Shown here piece after piece: positions 43,416 through 53,922 of a DNA stretch of 64,000 nt. Source of the DNA: an uncultured Alphaproteobacteria bacterium (lineage in GTDB: Bacteria; Pseudomonadota; Alphaproteobacteria; Rs-D84); NCBI GenBank assembly GCA_934272785.1, contig CAKQSE010000002.1, positions 67,588 through 131,587 on the forward strand, given 5' to 3'. Positions within the stretch are counted from its first letter, which is position 1; each line of letters starts with the position of its first letter. The notes beneath the pieces were generated by a model. That model searched no databases. It saw nothing but the letters and a program-made list of their open reading frames with translations, and was not told where the DNA came from. The position numbers were made by a program, and so were the translations under genes.

Positions 43416-45188
43416 CTATATCAATCCTTCTTGGTGCATCAGTTCGGCGATATACGTGCCCTGGACACGTTTCAGACCGGCAGAACTGAGCATTTTCATA
43501 AACCACGGCATTTCTATGTCCGCCAGTTTCTTTTTATCGTTCAGGTAATACACACTGCGCATCAGAACGCGCACGTCAAAACAAGAATCGAATACTTCGG
43601 GCACGCCACGGTCAACATTTAACAGGGTATATACTGCCTCCATCGCGGTACGGACCGAGTATTCGGTTGTGAACACCGTGTCGCGTTCTGTTTCGGCATA
43701 ATTTCCGATAAACGCGAAATTGACCGCCCCCTTGGGCACGACCAGTGGCCGGTCGCCCAATGCACGTGGCATAAAGTATGTCGAGATAAATGGCATATGG
43801 CACGGGATTGTATGCGACGCGTTTTGCGCGATGTCGTCAATTTCGGCCATTGGGACGCCAATGTGATACAGCCATTCTGCGCACAGTTCCGCACCTGTGC
43901 AATCGGCGATTTTCTTTTTCACATAGTTTCCCGGTTTATCCGACAGCAATCCATACGTCCACACCACGATTTCGTTTTTCTTTTGCGCGCGAAAATGCGG
44001 CTGGCGCGAGATAGAAAATCCATACAACCAATTTGAATCACGAATTGTGACCGGGCCACTGGACACGATGGACCCGCTGTATGGGTCTTTTTTACAAATG
44101 CGTTTGATGTATGGCACAACGCGATCGTTGGTCAATGTGATTGTTGCCGACATAACCCAGTTTGCCGCCGGTATATTTTCACAGAATTTTTCTGGTCGTC
44201 CAAATTCGGCATTTTGCGCGGCGATGTTTTTCCACAAATCCCAACTGGGGCCAACGCCGACGGGCTTTGGTGCGGGGGTATTGTTGTCACCATATGTGCT
44301 GTTTTCGGTGATAGAACCGTTTGTGATAAACACCAAATCATCTGGCGACAGGTTGATTGTCTTCTTGCGACCGGCGTGCACCATTTCGATGGATTTGGCA
44401 ACCTTGTGCGTGGCACCGGAATCAATCACAACATTTGTCACACGTGTGTCATAGTGGAACACAACCCCACGTGCCGTCAGCCAGCGCACCAGTGGCGTTA
44501 TCAATGATTCATACTGATTATATTTTGTAAATTTCAGTGCGGACATATCGGCCAAACTGCCCACATGGTGGATAAAGCGCAATATGTAACGACGCATTTC
44601 CATCGCACTGGACCAGCGTTCAAACGCAAACATCGTTGCCCAATACATCCAGAAATTTGACGCAAAGAATTCTTCGCTGAACACCTGGTCAATTTGGACG
44701 TCTTGCAATTTATCTTCGGGCGTCATGGCCAGGTCAACCAATTCACGAATCGCGCGCGGCGTCAGGGTCAATTTGCCATCGTCTGGGATTTGCTGGCCGC
44801 GATTTTCAATTATACGCGTGTGTGAAAAACTGGGGTCGTCTTTGTTCAGCCAATAAAATTCATCCAGCACCGATACATTTTCATCTTCCAGTGATGGGAT
44901 TGAACGGAACAAATCCCACAGGGTTTCAAAATGCGCCTCCATTTCACGGCCGCCACGAATGATATAGCCCAATTTTGGATTTTTTATACCGTCCATACTG
45001 CCGCCTGGGACGGACAGTTCTTCGAAAATCTGAATCTTTTTGCCAGACATTTTTGCATCGCGAATCATGAATACCGCGGCCGCCAACCCGGCCAGCCCCC
45101 CACCGACAATGTATGCCGATTTTTTATCTGCGCCGGCTGGTTTGCGTGCGTCGGCAAATGCCTCGTAATTGCCACTGCTGTGATACAT
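43416..45188 (-). CDS. ohyA: Oleate hydratase (MCRA family, FAD-dependent)
   Basis: 590 aa from the internal ATG, with SD aaggag. YIVGGGLAGLAAAVFMIRD...VPGGSMDG. Confidence 0.8.
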   Translation of the reverse strand: MYHSSGNYEAFADARKPAGADKKSAYIVGGGLAGLAAAVFMIRDAKMSGKKIQIFEELSVPGGSMDGIKNPKLGYIIRGGREMEAHFETLWDLFRSIPSLEDENVSVLDEFYWLNKDDPSFSHTRIIENRGQQIPDDGKLTLTPRAIRELVDLAMTPEDKLQDVQIDQVFSEEFFASNFWMYWATMFAFERWSSAMEMRRYILRFIHHVGSLADMSALKFTKYNQYESLITPLVRWLTARGVVFHYDTRVTNVVIDSGATHKVAKSIEMVHAGRKKTINLSPDDLVFITNGSITENSTYGDNNTPAPKPVGVGPSWDLWKNIAAQNAEFGRPEKFCENIPAANWVMSATITLTNDRVVPYIKRICKKDPYSGSIVSSGPVTIRDSNWLYGFSISRQPHFRAQKKNEIVVWTYGLLSDKPGNYVKKKIADCTGAELCAEWLYHIGVPMAEIDDIAQNASHTIPCHMPFISTYFMPRALGDRPLVVPKGAVNFAFIGNYAETERDTVFTTEYSVRTAMEAVYTLLNVDRGVPEVFDSCFDVRVLMRSVYYLNDKKKLADIEMPWFMKMLSSAGLKRVQGTYIAELMHQEGLI

Positions 45189-45313
45189 AGTATTTCTCCT
45201 TTGCTGTATGTGTGTGATTATTTTACGACATATGCCACACGCATAACACAGGACAGAATACCGCACCATGACAAACATTTGACTATTTACCGCACGCGGG
45301 ATATAATGCGGGC

Positions 45314-45433
45314 ATGAAAAAAGTATTTATTGGATTTTTGCTGGTTGCAACAATGGCGGTCGCCGCGTGTGGCGTGAAATCAGATTTGGATAAACCCGAT
45401 CCATCATACCCCCGCAACTATCCAGTATATTAA
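45314..45433 (+). CDS. Small lipoprotein (LptM/YifL-like)
   Basis: 39 aa, MKKVFIGFLLVATMAVAACGVKSDLDKPDPSYPRNYPVY. Under 60 aa, so not in the ORF track. Confidence 0.45.
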   Translation: MKKVFIGFLLVATMAVAACGVKSDLDKPDPSYPRNYPVY

Positions 45434-45448
45434 AAATTCCTGAATTGT

Positions 45449-45533
45449 GCGGGCGTGGCGAAACTGGTAGACGCGCTGGATTTAGGTTCCTGTGGGGTAA
45501 CCCGTAAGAGTTCGATTCTCTTCGCCCGCACCA
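45449..45533 (+). tRNA. tRNA-Leu (anticodon TAG), long variable arm
   Basis: GCGGGCGTGGCGAAACTGGTAGACGCGCTGGATTTAGGTTCCTGTGGGGTAACCCGTAAGAGTTCGATTCTCTTCGCCCGCACCA. There is one U-U mismatch in the anticodon stem. Confidence 0.85.
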
Positions 45534-45606
45534 ATAATAAAAAAGACTTGCTTTCTGGTAATTTTTAACATAAAATCGGCATCAGAATAATAAAAAGGTA
45601 ACAAAC

Positions 45607-45786
45607 ATGGCATCTAAAAAAGGCAGCAAGGAAGTTGTAAAGCTGGAAAACAAGGAAACCGGCTATTTCTATACAACGACAAAAAACACCAAGTCTGAAA
45701 ATACGGCTGGTAAAATGAAATTCCGTAAATATGACCCGAAATTGCGCAAGCACGTGGTCATGACCGAAGGCAAAATGCCTCACTAA
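45607..45786 (+). CDS. rpmG: 50S ribosomal protein L33
   Basis: 59 aa, MASKKGSKEVVKLENKETGYFYTTTKNTKSENTAGKMKFRKYDPKLRKHVVMTEGKMPH. Under 60 aa, so not in the ORF track. Confidence 0.8.
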   Translation: MASKKGSKEVVKLENKETGYFYTTTKNTKSENTAGKMKFRKYDPKLRKHVVMTEGKMPH

Positions 45787-45828
45787 TAAAAACCACCCCG
45801 TTCGGGGTGTTTTTTTATAGAGAGCAAT

Positions 45829-46394
45829 GTTTGTGCTCGCGCCGCTCGCAATGACAAGTGTCTAGTTCTATCAATGCGGTGTGAAAATCCCCTTCGCCAG
45901 AAAACCACCCACGGAATTTAACAATTCCACGGGGCCCGACGGGGTAGTGGCATTATAAGTCCCTGCGGGGCAATGGATACCGACCTTCGTCGGTATGACG
46001 AGTATTTTGTAATTGGAACCTTGTTTCTACGAATATTGTTCAAATTTAGGTGTGGTATTATTTTTTAGTCGTCATACCGGCGAAGGCCGGTATCCATTGA
46101 GTTCCCTTGGTTGGTCGTGATTAGTCCCCAATAATAAAATCTGCGATTACTCGGGCATGGCTCGCGTTCGCTCGCACTGCATAGTCCCTATTCCTGCCTT
46201 TGCCCACCCACAAAATCTTGCGATTTTGCGGGGCCCGGACAAGCCCCAGAATGAATCCAAGTGAAGCGCAGGATGCGGCAAGGACACAGTCCGCAGACGA
46301 CACGCTGTGTTAAGTTTTCTATTCTTAAACTATATCACTTTATCACTCTATCACTTACTCACTCTTTCATTGCTCTCTACACTCTGCTCTCTAT
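45829..46394. mobile_element. MITE-like modular repeat element with inverted termini (larger copy)
   Basis: AGAGAGCAATG lies at 45829-45839 and the inverted CATTGCTCTCTACACTCTGCTCTCTAT at 46368-46394. Internal palindromes (ccacggaatttaacaattccacgg; ataccgaccttcgtcggtat / ataccggcgaaggccggtat) are shared with 13909-14239. Confidence 0.6.
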
Positions 46395-46419
46395 GAAAAA
46401 ATGCCCCGGTGGGGCATTT

Positions 46420-48651
46420 TTATTTTGTAAATTTTCCGGTTCGTGGGAATCCCAACGGCACGGTGCGTCCCTGGGATGCGCGACGGCCTGTCCATGGCGC
46501 CCAATCATCCAGTTTGGTCGTGCCACGACCCGTTGTCCAGCCGAACCCATCCGCCGCGTTAAAGAACATAACGTCCAGAACATACGTGCGGTCGGCGTTG
46601 TATTTCTGTAAAATCACGCCCTTGCCCCGGGTCATTTCTGGGATTTCTTCGGTCTTGAATATCAGCAATTTGTCATTTGACCCCGACATCGCAATCGTAT
46701 CACCGGTGACCGGCACGCACATAATTGCCGGATTGGCCGCGTCGGTATTCATAACCTGTTTGCCGTTTTTCGTCTGGGCCAGGCAATTTTCACCCGACAC
46801 AATAAATCCTGTGCCATGACGCCCCACCACCAGGTACTTCGCCCCAGCATTCAGCACGAACGCACGCACGATATTTTCGTCCGCCCCGATGTCCGCCATT
46901 AAACGCACAGATTCCCCGAATCCACGTGCCGACGGCAATTCGTTTGCCGCCAGTGTGAACATTTTGCCGCCCGACGTGAACAGATTGATTTTGTCGGTCG
47001 ACATCGCATGGAACGCGAATTGCAGTTCGTCGCCCTCTTTGAATTTCAGGTCCAAATTGTTCAAATCCAACGTGCCCTTGGCCGCACGAATCCAGCCCAT
47101 CGTGGACAAGATGATGGTCAGTGGTTCTTTTTCAATAAATTCATCGGCATTTACGACGATTTCTTCGGTCTGTTCCGCCCATGTGGTGCGACGACGACCC
47201 AGCGCGGTCTTTTTATCATACCGCTTTTTAATGTCACTGAACCATGCCTTTAACTGGTCACGCTGCATCTGGTCAGACGCCAGCAATTCCTGTAACTGTT
47301 TCTGTTCCGCCAACAGCGCGGCATCCTCGCGACGGATTTCCATTTCTTCCAATTTACGCAGACTGCGCAGGCGGGTGTTTAAAATCGCCTCTACCTGAAC
47401 CTCGGTCAATTTGAATTCCGACATCAGGACGGATTTTGCGTCATCTTCGGTTCTGATGATTTCAATAACGCGGTCCAGATTCAGATACACAATCAGCAAT
47501 CCGCCCAAGATTTCCAAACGGCGTTCAATATTGCCCAAACGCCAGTTTGTCCGACGGACCAGGACATTTTTCTGGTGCGCGATAAATTCACGCAGCACGT
47601 CCCCAATTCCCATCACACGCGGCGCGCCATTTGAATCAATGACGTTAAAGTTCATATTAAACCGATATTCCAAATCGGTCATCGCGAACAGGTGCGCCAT
47701 CATCTTGTCCAATGGGACATTACGACTTTTTGGTGTAATTACAATGCGAACGTCGGTCGTTGATTCATCAACAATATCATCAACCAGTGGCAATTTGCGC
47801 GCATCAATCAGACCGGCGATTTGTTCCACCAGTTTAGATTTCAGCAATCCATACGGGATTTCGGTGATAACCACCTGCTCGGCCCCGCGGTCCAGTTTTT
47901 CAATTTCCCACTTTGCACGAATACGAAATGCCCCGCGACCCGTTTCATAGTTTTTAACAATTGTATCAAAACTGTCAATTAAAACGCCACCGGTTGGGAA
48001 ATCAGGCCCAATCATCTTTTTCATAATCTGGGCCGTGGTTGCGTCTGGTTTATCCACCACCAGGTTCAGGGCATCACAAACCTCGGCCACGTTGTGGGTT
48101 GGGATATTTGTCGCCATACCAACCGCAATACCCATACCGCCATTGGCCAGCAAATTCGGAAATGCGCCCGGCATAACAACCGGTTCGGTCGTGGTGCCGT
48201 CAAAATTCGGCATCATATCAACACTGTTTTCGTCAATGCCGTCCATAATCAGCATGGCCGCATCGGTCATCTTGGATTCTGTGTAACGGTATGCCGCCTG
48301 GGGGTCGCCATCGATATTACCAAAGTTACCCTGGCCATCAATCAGTGGATAACGGACCGAAAAATCCTGGGCCAGGCGGACCATCGCGTCATAGACCGAG
48401 CTGTCCCCATGTGGGTGATAGTGCCCCAGCACGTCGCCAACCACCGTTGCACATTTGCGAAACGCCGCCGCAGGCGACAATTTCTGGCGCAACATGGAAT
48501 ACAAAATACGGCGATGCACCGGTTTTAACCCGTCGCGAACATCCGGCAGTGCGCGCGATACAATCGTGCTGACCGCGTATGACAAATACCGCTGTGACAA
48601 TGCATCAGACAGTTGTTGTGATTCAATATTTTCAATAATTTCCTTGCTCAT
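46420..48651 (-). CDS. parC: DNA topoisomerase IV subunit A
   Basis: 743 aa. [21 protein letters not shown] with the catalytic region. The length and lack of a long GyrA-type tail favour ParC over GyrA. Confidence 0.75.
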   Translation of the reverse strand: MSKEIIENIESQQLSDALSQRYLSYAVSTIVSRALPDVRDGLKPVHRRILYSMLRQKLSPAAAFRKCATVVGDVLGHYHPHGDSSVYDAMVRLAQDFSVRYPLIDGQGNFGNIDGDPQAAYRYTESKMTDAAMLIMDGIDENSVDMMPNFDGTTTEPVVMPGAFPNLLANGGMGIAVGMATNIPTHNVAEVCDALNLVVDKPDATTAQIMKKMIGPDFPTGGVLIDSFDTIVKNYETGRGAFRIRAKWEIEKLDRGAEQVVITEIPYGLLKSKLVEQIAGLIDARKLPLVDDIVDESTTDVRIVITPKSRNVPLDKMMAHLFAMTDLEYRFNMNFNVIDSNGAPRVMGIGDVLREFIAHQKNVLVRRTNWRLGNIERRLEILGGLLIVYLNLDRVIEIIRTEDDAKSVLMSEFKLTEVQVEAILNTRLRSLRKLEEMEIRREDAALLAEQKQLQELLASDQMQRDQLKAWFSDIKKRYDKKTALGRRRTTWAEQTEEIVVNADEFIEKEPLTIILSTMGWIRAAKGTLDLNNLDLKFKEGDELQFAFHAMSTDKINLFTSGGKMFTLAANELPSARGFGESVRLMADIGADENIVRAFVLNAGAKYLVVGRHGTGFIVSGENCLAQTKNGKQVMNTDAANPAIMCVPVTGDTIAMSGSNDKLLIFKTEEIPEMTRGKGVILQKYNADRTYVLDVMFFNAADGFGWTTGRGTTKLDDWAPWTGRRASQGRTVPLGFPRTGKFTK

Positions 48652-49006
48652 TTCCCCGAAAATTTAGAACATTTGAAAAAAAATAACAACAGAAAAAATC
48701 CTTTATTTTCACACAGCGGAAAAAATTCATTAAAATTTTTAACATTTTTTTAATTTTTTACTTGAAATTTATTTCGCACATAACTATTATATGTATATAC
48801 AAACTTTGGTTCCCTTTTTGGGCGGGCTGCCGATAACGCAAAAAAATGGCAAGTCGGGGCGATTTGGTTATGCCAGATTGTCTGAATGTACATCGCGAAC
48901 TGATTTTTTATCGCGGTGAACCAATCAAAAGAACACGTAACACAAGATGACATATAACGACATATTTCGGTCGGAAATGTCTGTTTGATTGCAAAGAGGT
49001 AAAGAA

Positions 49007-50152
49007 ATGAAGATAAAGACAGTTATTCCATATTTGCTGGCAATGTCTGCATTTTCAATCCCGGCATCACCACGTGCGCAAACCGATGTTACCCGCGATG
49101 ATGGTAATATGACACGCACACGCTTGGAAATCCCGGCAGAATTGAAAAACAAGATGGCCATGAACACCAATACAGCCAACCTGTTTATCCCTGCGATGGA
49201 TATGAAATATGACATGCAGGTTATGGATAATAAATACCTGGATGACAAGGCTGATGAACTGGTTGACGCGTATATGAGCAATATGCTGGATGCGCAACAG
49301 CGTTTGGGCCCAATGTTGGGCAAGCGGGGTTATCGTGCGGCGGTGCTGCGCGAATTGCCGGGCGCACCGGTTGGCCACCACTGCGTATTTGGTCAATACA
49401 CACAATTGGCCCGCGCATTACAGGAAATGGGCGACACACTGACCATCGTTCCACACGATGCCAGCCGCGCATGCACATCGTTCAAGGCACTGATGAAAAA
49501 GAAATACTCGGGGCCAGAATTTGCGGGCGCGATTCACCAGGGCCGTATGTATGAAACCGATGCAGAATACAATGCGGCATTGAACCGTTATCTGGCGGCG
49601 CAAAAAATTACGCCGAAAACAAACGCATCTGTCCGCATCAAGGCGGAACAAGAATTCGCGCGCAGCAATTTTTCGGCCGATGAATTGTCACCAGGCTCGA
49701 TGATGCTGGTCCGTAACGGCGGTCACCTGATTATGTATTTGGGCCGTGGTCGCGTCGTCAATGGTCGCTTTGTCGCGGATAAAAATGGTCGTCATATGTA
49801 TGTTGGCCACAACCGCGAACGTATGGGCGATTTGATTGAAACCTGGGGAACGCGTAACATTTTCGCGTCTGACACACGCAAGATTGCACGCGTCTTGTAT
49901 TCCCAGGAATGGCGCAAGATTGAAACGCTGAGTGATTCAGATTTACTGAAATACGTTGCCCCCAGACCAGAGACACGCGGCAAACTAATGACCGCATCAC
50001 GCGCAGAATTGTTGCGCCTGGCACGCGAACGCTATTTCCACCAGGCAATGCCAACCCAGCCACAAAACCAGGGTCGCGGCGCACTGGCCATGAACGAAGT
50101 GCCCCAGGATAACACGATGACTATCCTGCAAATGTCCCAGCGGACAATATAA
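49007..50152 (+). CDS. Secreted hypothetical protein (possible Cys/His peptidase-like fold)
   Basis: Signal peptide MKIKTVIPYLLAMSAFSIPASP. It has a conserved-looking GHHCVFGQYT ... GGHLIMYLG pair. The function is not established. Confidence 0.4.
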   Translation: MKIKTVIPYLLAMSAFSIPASPRAQTDVTRDDGNMTRTRLEIPAELKNKMAMNTNTANLFIPAMDMKYDMQVMDNKYLDDKADELVDAYMSNMLDAQQRLGPMLGKRGYRAAVLRELPGAPVGHHCVFGQYTQLARALQEMGDTLTIVPHDASRACTSFKALMKKKYSGPEFAGAIHQGRMYETDAEYNAALNRYLAAQKITPKTNASVRIKAEQEFARSNFSADELSPGSMMLVRNGGHLIMYLGRGRVVNGRFVADKNGRHMYVGHNRERMGDLIETWGTRNIFASDTRKIARVLYSQEWRKIETLSDSDLLKYVAPRPETRGKLMTASRAELLRLARERYFHQAMPTQPQNQGRGALAMNEVPQDNTMTILQMSQRTI

Positions 50153-50194
50153 AAATGCGCCAATGGCGCGTTTTTATTTTTTGTTTTTTTAATT

Positions 50195-50473
50195 TTACTG
50201 TGCGATTTTATGTTTTATTTCACGAATCCGGGCCAGGATTTCACGCAGATCTGCATCCGTTGCGGCGGGCGCGGGGCGATTGTGCACCTCGTCTGCCAGG
50301 ACAATGCACAGGGTTGCCAACAGTGCACTTTCGGGCAATGGCCCGATTTTATCCAAAATTTCACGGGCACGGGCGTCAACCATCTTGCCCAGCTCAATCA
50401 GGCGCGCCTCTTGCCCATCTTCGCACCCCATTGGATAGTTTTTATTTACAATTGGTATTGAAACAACACTCAT
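50195..50473 (-). CDS. zapA: Cell division protein ZapA
   Basis: 92 aa. SIPIVNKNYPMGCEDGQEARLIELGKMVD fits the ZapA pattern. Confidence 0.6.
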   Translation of the reverse strand: MSVVSIPIVNKNYPMGCEDGQEARLIELGKMVDARAREILDKIGPLPESALLATLCIVLADEVHNRPAPAATDADLREILARIREIKHKIAQ

Positions 50474-50679
50474 TTTAACTTCTTTAATATTGAAATTGAT
50501 TTATCAATCATTTCGGTTGCACGGGCGTTTTTATCGCGCAGCGTGCGCACCTGTTCGGTTAAAATCGCCACCTCTAAATCCGTTTGTTTACCGGCCGCAA
50601 CCGCCGTCCCGCGCAGGCGGGCCGCCGCCTCTTCCAGCGCGTTTAATTCTGAAAAAATCTGCTGTTTTATATCTGCCAT
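50470..50679 (-). CDS. Coiled-coil protein upstream of zapA (DUF4164/ZapB-like)
   Basis: 69 aa, fully helical heptad pattern, with a 4-nt overlap with zapA. Confidence 0.5.
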   Translation of the reverse strand: MADIKQQIFSELNALEEAAARLRGTAVAAGKQTDLEVAILTEQVRTLRDKNARATEMIDKSISILKKLK

Positions 50680-50755
50680 ACCCCCAGTTTAAGATATTTT
50701 TTATATGCGTTCAACACCAAAATGTGATATAATATCCCTGTTAAATTCATGGGGC

Positions 50756-51859
50756 ATGCGTATGAAAACAAAAATTATCTATATCTCGGGCAGTGAAGTT
50801 TTTGAAATGGCGGATATCCGCGCCGCTTTTGACGAGGTGCGAAGCGCGCTGGACCTGGGGGCGGACACGGTATTGTTCGGCGTTCCGGTGGATAATGATG
50901 ACGCATTGGCACACGCCCCGGTGGCGGACGCAACCCCAGATCAAACACCGACCACAATCACAGACGACGTGGTTATCCCGGCGGCAGCCCCCGTGCTGAC
51001 ACCGGACCCGGTAATTTCCGACGTGCCGACCGATGCACCCGTCGTCACAGATGAAGCTTCGGCCCCGGCACCCGCGCCAAAGAAAAAATCACGCGGTCGC
51101 CCGGCCAAGGCAACCAAGGTTGCCCCAGATACAAATACCGACGATGTCGTGACGCCGGTTGTGGCGGATGCCCCGGCGGATGTCCAGGACGCCCCCGTTG
51201 TGCCAGTTGCATCGATATTGTCCGTTCTGAAATCAAAACCGGCCGATGACACGGTGGCCCCTGCCCCAGAATCAGATGACGTCACCCCGGTGGACGCAAC
51301 CCCAGAAATTGTTGACATTGCGCCCGCGGCGGATATGGTTGCCGAAACAGTTACCGTTACCACGGCCACCGTCACAGATGACGCGGCCCCGACAGATGAC
51401 ACACCAATTGCCGATGTGACCGACGACACAATCGCCGATATGATTACCGATGACGCGCCGGACGCACCAATTGAAAAAACACTGGAACAGTTATTGGAAA
51501 GCATGACCCCCCTGCGCGAGGATCATAATGAGGTTGCACCCGACGCCGCCCCAGATTCCCCAGATGACGAAATCGTAATGTCCGACGACATTGCACCGGC
51601 GACGACAGATGGTGATACGGACGCGACACTGGAACAATTGGCAACCGAATTTGCCGAAAACCAGGACAAAATTCCCGCCACCCCCAAGAACGAAGGTCGC
51701 GGAAAAATCGGCAAACTGAAAAACATTTTGCCATTTAAAAAGGCCCGTCGCGACGACCCGGGTTTGATGGGTGACCTGTTTGGGTGGGCGGGCATTGCCG
51801 CAAACGATGACGATTTTTCAATGCCAGGATTCTTTACTGGTGTCGCGTCAAAAAAATAA
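50756..51859 (+). CDS. Highly acidic low-complexity protein
   Basis: About 367 aa. A structured N-terminus of about 50 aa is followed by a long D/T/P/A/V-rich region and a short basic C-terminal patch (GRGKIGKLKNILPFKKARR). Confidence 0.5.
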   Translation: MRMKTKIIYISGSEVFEMADIRAAFDEVRSALDLGADTVLFGVPVDNDDALAHAPVADATPDQTPTTITDDVVIPAAAPVLTPDPVISDVPTDAPVVTDEASAPAPAPKKKSRGRPAKATKVAPDTNTDDVVTPVVADAPADVQDAPVVPVASILSVLKSKPADDTVAPAPESDDVTPVDATPEIVDIAPAADMVAETVTVTTATVTDDAAPTDDTPIADVTDDTIADMITDDAPDAPIEKTLEQLLESMTPLREDHNEVAPDAAPDSPDDEIVMSDDIAPATTDGDTDATLEQLATEFAENQDKIPATPKNEGRGKIGKLKNILPFKKARRDDPGLMGDLFGWAGIAANDDDFSMPGFFTGVASKK

Positions 51860-51873
51860 AATGATATGCACGT

Positions 51874-52446
51874 ATGGAAATTGAAACAATTTTTAGACTG
51901 CTGAAAAATTCCGGATTTAATGTTCTGGGCACTGATGGCACGAACGTTTATCTGGAAGATCCGTCGTGCATTCTGCGCAGTTTCCAGACATTTGTTGAAT
52001 ATGCATGGACAATTATTTTCATCCTGACGGCATTGCTGTTGTTTGGGTGGGCAATATCCATGATTCGCGGATCAAAGCACGATATTTTCACCAAGCTGCG
52101 TAATTTAATACTGATTTTTGGTGTGCTGTCGGCGGCGGGTCCGATAATCAATCTGATTTATGGTGACGATTTATTTGCACGCGGGTGCCGCACCATCACG
52201 GTCAGCACCGCCGAATTAAACCGCCTGTTGGATGCGCGCAAGGCGACATTACAACCAGACCAAACCGATTTATACGAAGATATGCAGATTTCTGATACCG
52301 GCGCAATCCAGGCCGAAACACCATATTCCGACGTGCCATTGCCATCCGCGGGCGACGCCGAAGAAGTCACCGTCACCGTGTCGGACGACACAAATGTCGC
52401 GATCAATCCACGCCCGTCCAATACCAGTGGTGACGCGGCCAAATAG
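51874..52446 (+). CDS. Membrane protein, unknown function
   Basis: 190 aa with two TM helices and an acidic C-terminus. It lies 14 nt downstream of the acidic protein gene. Confidence 0.45.
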   Translation: MEIETIFRLLKNSGFNVLGTDGTNVYLEDPSCILRSFQTFVEYAWTIIFILTALLLFGWAISMIRGSKHDIFTKLRNLILIFGVLSAAGPIINLIYGDDLFARGCRTITVSTAELNRLLDARKATLQPDQTDLYEDMQISDTGAIQAETPYSDVPLPSAGDAEEVTVTVSDDTNVAINPRPSNTSGDAAK

Positions 52447-52467
52447 CCTATATTTGATGTTTCTGAT

Positions 52468-53148
52468 TTATTTCAACAATAACAGGTCACGCGCCGAATA
52501 AACAATCGTGCCCGACACGACCAGATGGTCATACAATTCAATACCAACCGCGTTCAGTAATTCTTGGACATAGGTCGTGATTTCAATATCATCCTGGGAA
52601 AACGAATGTCCCGCGGTTGGGTGATTGTGCACCATAACAACACTGCGCGCATTCAGAACCAGCGCACGCTTTAAAATCTCGCGCGGATAGACCGATGATT
52701 CATCACGCGTGCCACGGGTGTGCACCTCGTCCGACAATAATCGATAATCCACGTCCAGATACAGGGCGTGCACCTCTTCCACGGTTTTGCCAGATAATTG
52801 CGCCTTGCAATAATTTGCCAATGTGCGGCGGTCGTGAAATATCGACTGGGCCTTCATATCATCGCGATAGCCAATAATCATCAATTGATTTATCGATTTG
52901 ATAAAAACCGCGGTGTTTTGCCCCATACCGGGAACCTCGGTCAATTTATCAATTGGTGCGGCCAATACCGCGCCAACACCACCAAACTTTGCAATCAACG
53001 TGCGCGCCAGCGGTCGCACATCGCGACGCGGAATCGCATAACCCAACAATAATTCCAGCAATTCATAATCCGCCAATCGCCCGTCCAAGAATTTCTGACG
53101 CAGGCGTTCGCGATGCCCCGTATGAAAAGATGTATCCGCCCCAGCCAT
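52468..53148 (-). CDS. radC: RadC-family JAB-domain protein
   Basis: 226 aa. HRERLRQKF...VHNHPTAGHSFSQDD. Confidence 0.85.
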   Translation of the reverse strand: MAGADTSFHTGHRERLRQKFLDGRLADYELLELLLGYAIPRRDVRPLARTLIAKFGGVGAVLAAPIDKLTEVPGMGQNTAVFIKSINQLMIIGYRDDMKAQSIFHDRRTLANYCKAQLSGKTVEEVHALYLDVDYRLLSDEVHTRGTRDESSVYPREILKRALVLNARSVVMVHNHPTAGHSFSQDDIEITTYVQELLNAVGIELYDHLVVSGTIVYSARDLLLLK

Positions 53149-53155
53149 GGCCCCA

Positions 53156-53917
53156 TTAAATCATGCGTTCTGTGAATATGGTAACCCCATCTTCGGTAAT
53201 CCCCAGGGTGTGTTCCCACTGGGCCGACAGGCCACCATCAACCGTGCGTGCGGTCCAACCATCGGCGTCAATTTTGCATTCGGCGCGGCCTGTATTTATC
53301 ATCGGTTCAATCGTGAACACCAGGCCGGGGACCATTTTCACCTTGTCCCAGATTGGATCATAAAAGTGATAGATTTGCGGGTCATCGTGCATAACCTTGC
53401 CAATGCCGTGGCCAACGAAATCGCGCGATATTGAAAAACCATGTGGTTTAACAACGGCCTCTATCGTTTTGCCAATTTCTGATAATGGCACACCGGGCGC
53501 GCAAACCGCAATTGCCGCATTCAGTGCGTCCTGGCACGTTTGGACCAATTCACGCGCGCGCGGCGTAACGTTACCAATCATAAACATACGCGACATATCG
53601 CCATGGAAACCCTTGTACTCGGCCGTCAGGTCAACGTTCACAATATCGCCATCTTTTAATATACAATCATCACTGGGGATACCGTGGACAATAACATCGT
53701 TGACCGATGTGCAGATGCTTTTTGGATACCCCTCGTACCCCAGGTCCGACGAACGTGCGCCATTTGCGTGCAACCACGACGCAACCATACGGTCGATTTC
53801 ACCGGTTGAAATTCCCGCCTGGATATACGGTGTAATGTAATCGAAACAGCGCGCAACCAAATCACCCGACGCACGCAAACGTTTAAAATCTTTTGGGGCA
53901 TATACAGACGCCAGCAT
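53156..53917 (-). CDS. map: Type I methionine aminopeptidase
   Basis: 253 aa with VCHGIP-like VIVHGIP, DIVNVD, GHGIG and EPM motifs. Confidence 0.9.
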   Translation of the reverse strand: MLASVYAPKDFKRLRASGDLVARCFDYITPYIQAGISTGEIDRMVASWLHANGARSSDLGYEGYPKSICTSVNDVIVHGIPSDDCILKDGDIVNVDLTAEYKGFHGDMSRMFMIGNVTPRARELVQTCQDALNAAIAVCAPGVPLSEIGKTIEAVVKPHGFSISRDFVGHGIGKVMHDDPQIYHFYDPIWDKVKMVPGLVFTIEPMINTGRAECKIDADGWTARTVDGGLSAQWEHTLGITEDGVTIFTERMI

Positions 53918-53922
53918 TTTAT

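Noticed and set aside
42970-45533. Stem mismatches in tRNA-Glu (two C-A) and tRNA-Leu (one U-U), which could indicate pseudo-tRNAs.
   Set aside because: The acceptor, D and T arms, anticodon loops, identity elements and CCA ends are otherwise intact. Single mismatches are common in real tRNAs. I noted them without calling the genes pseudogenes.
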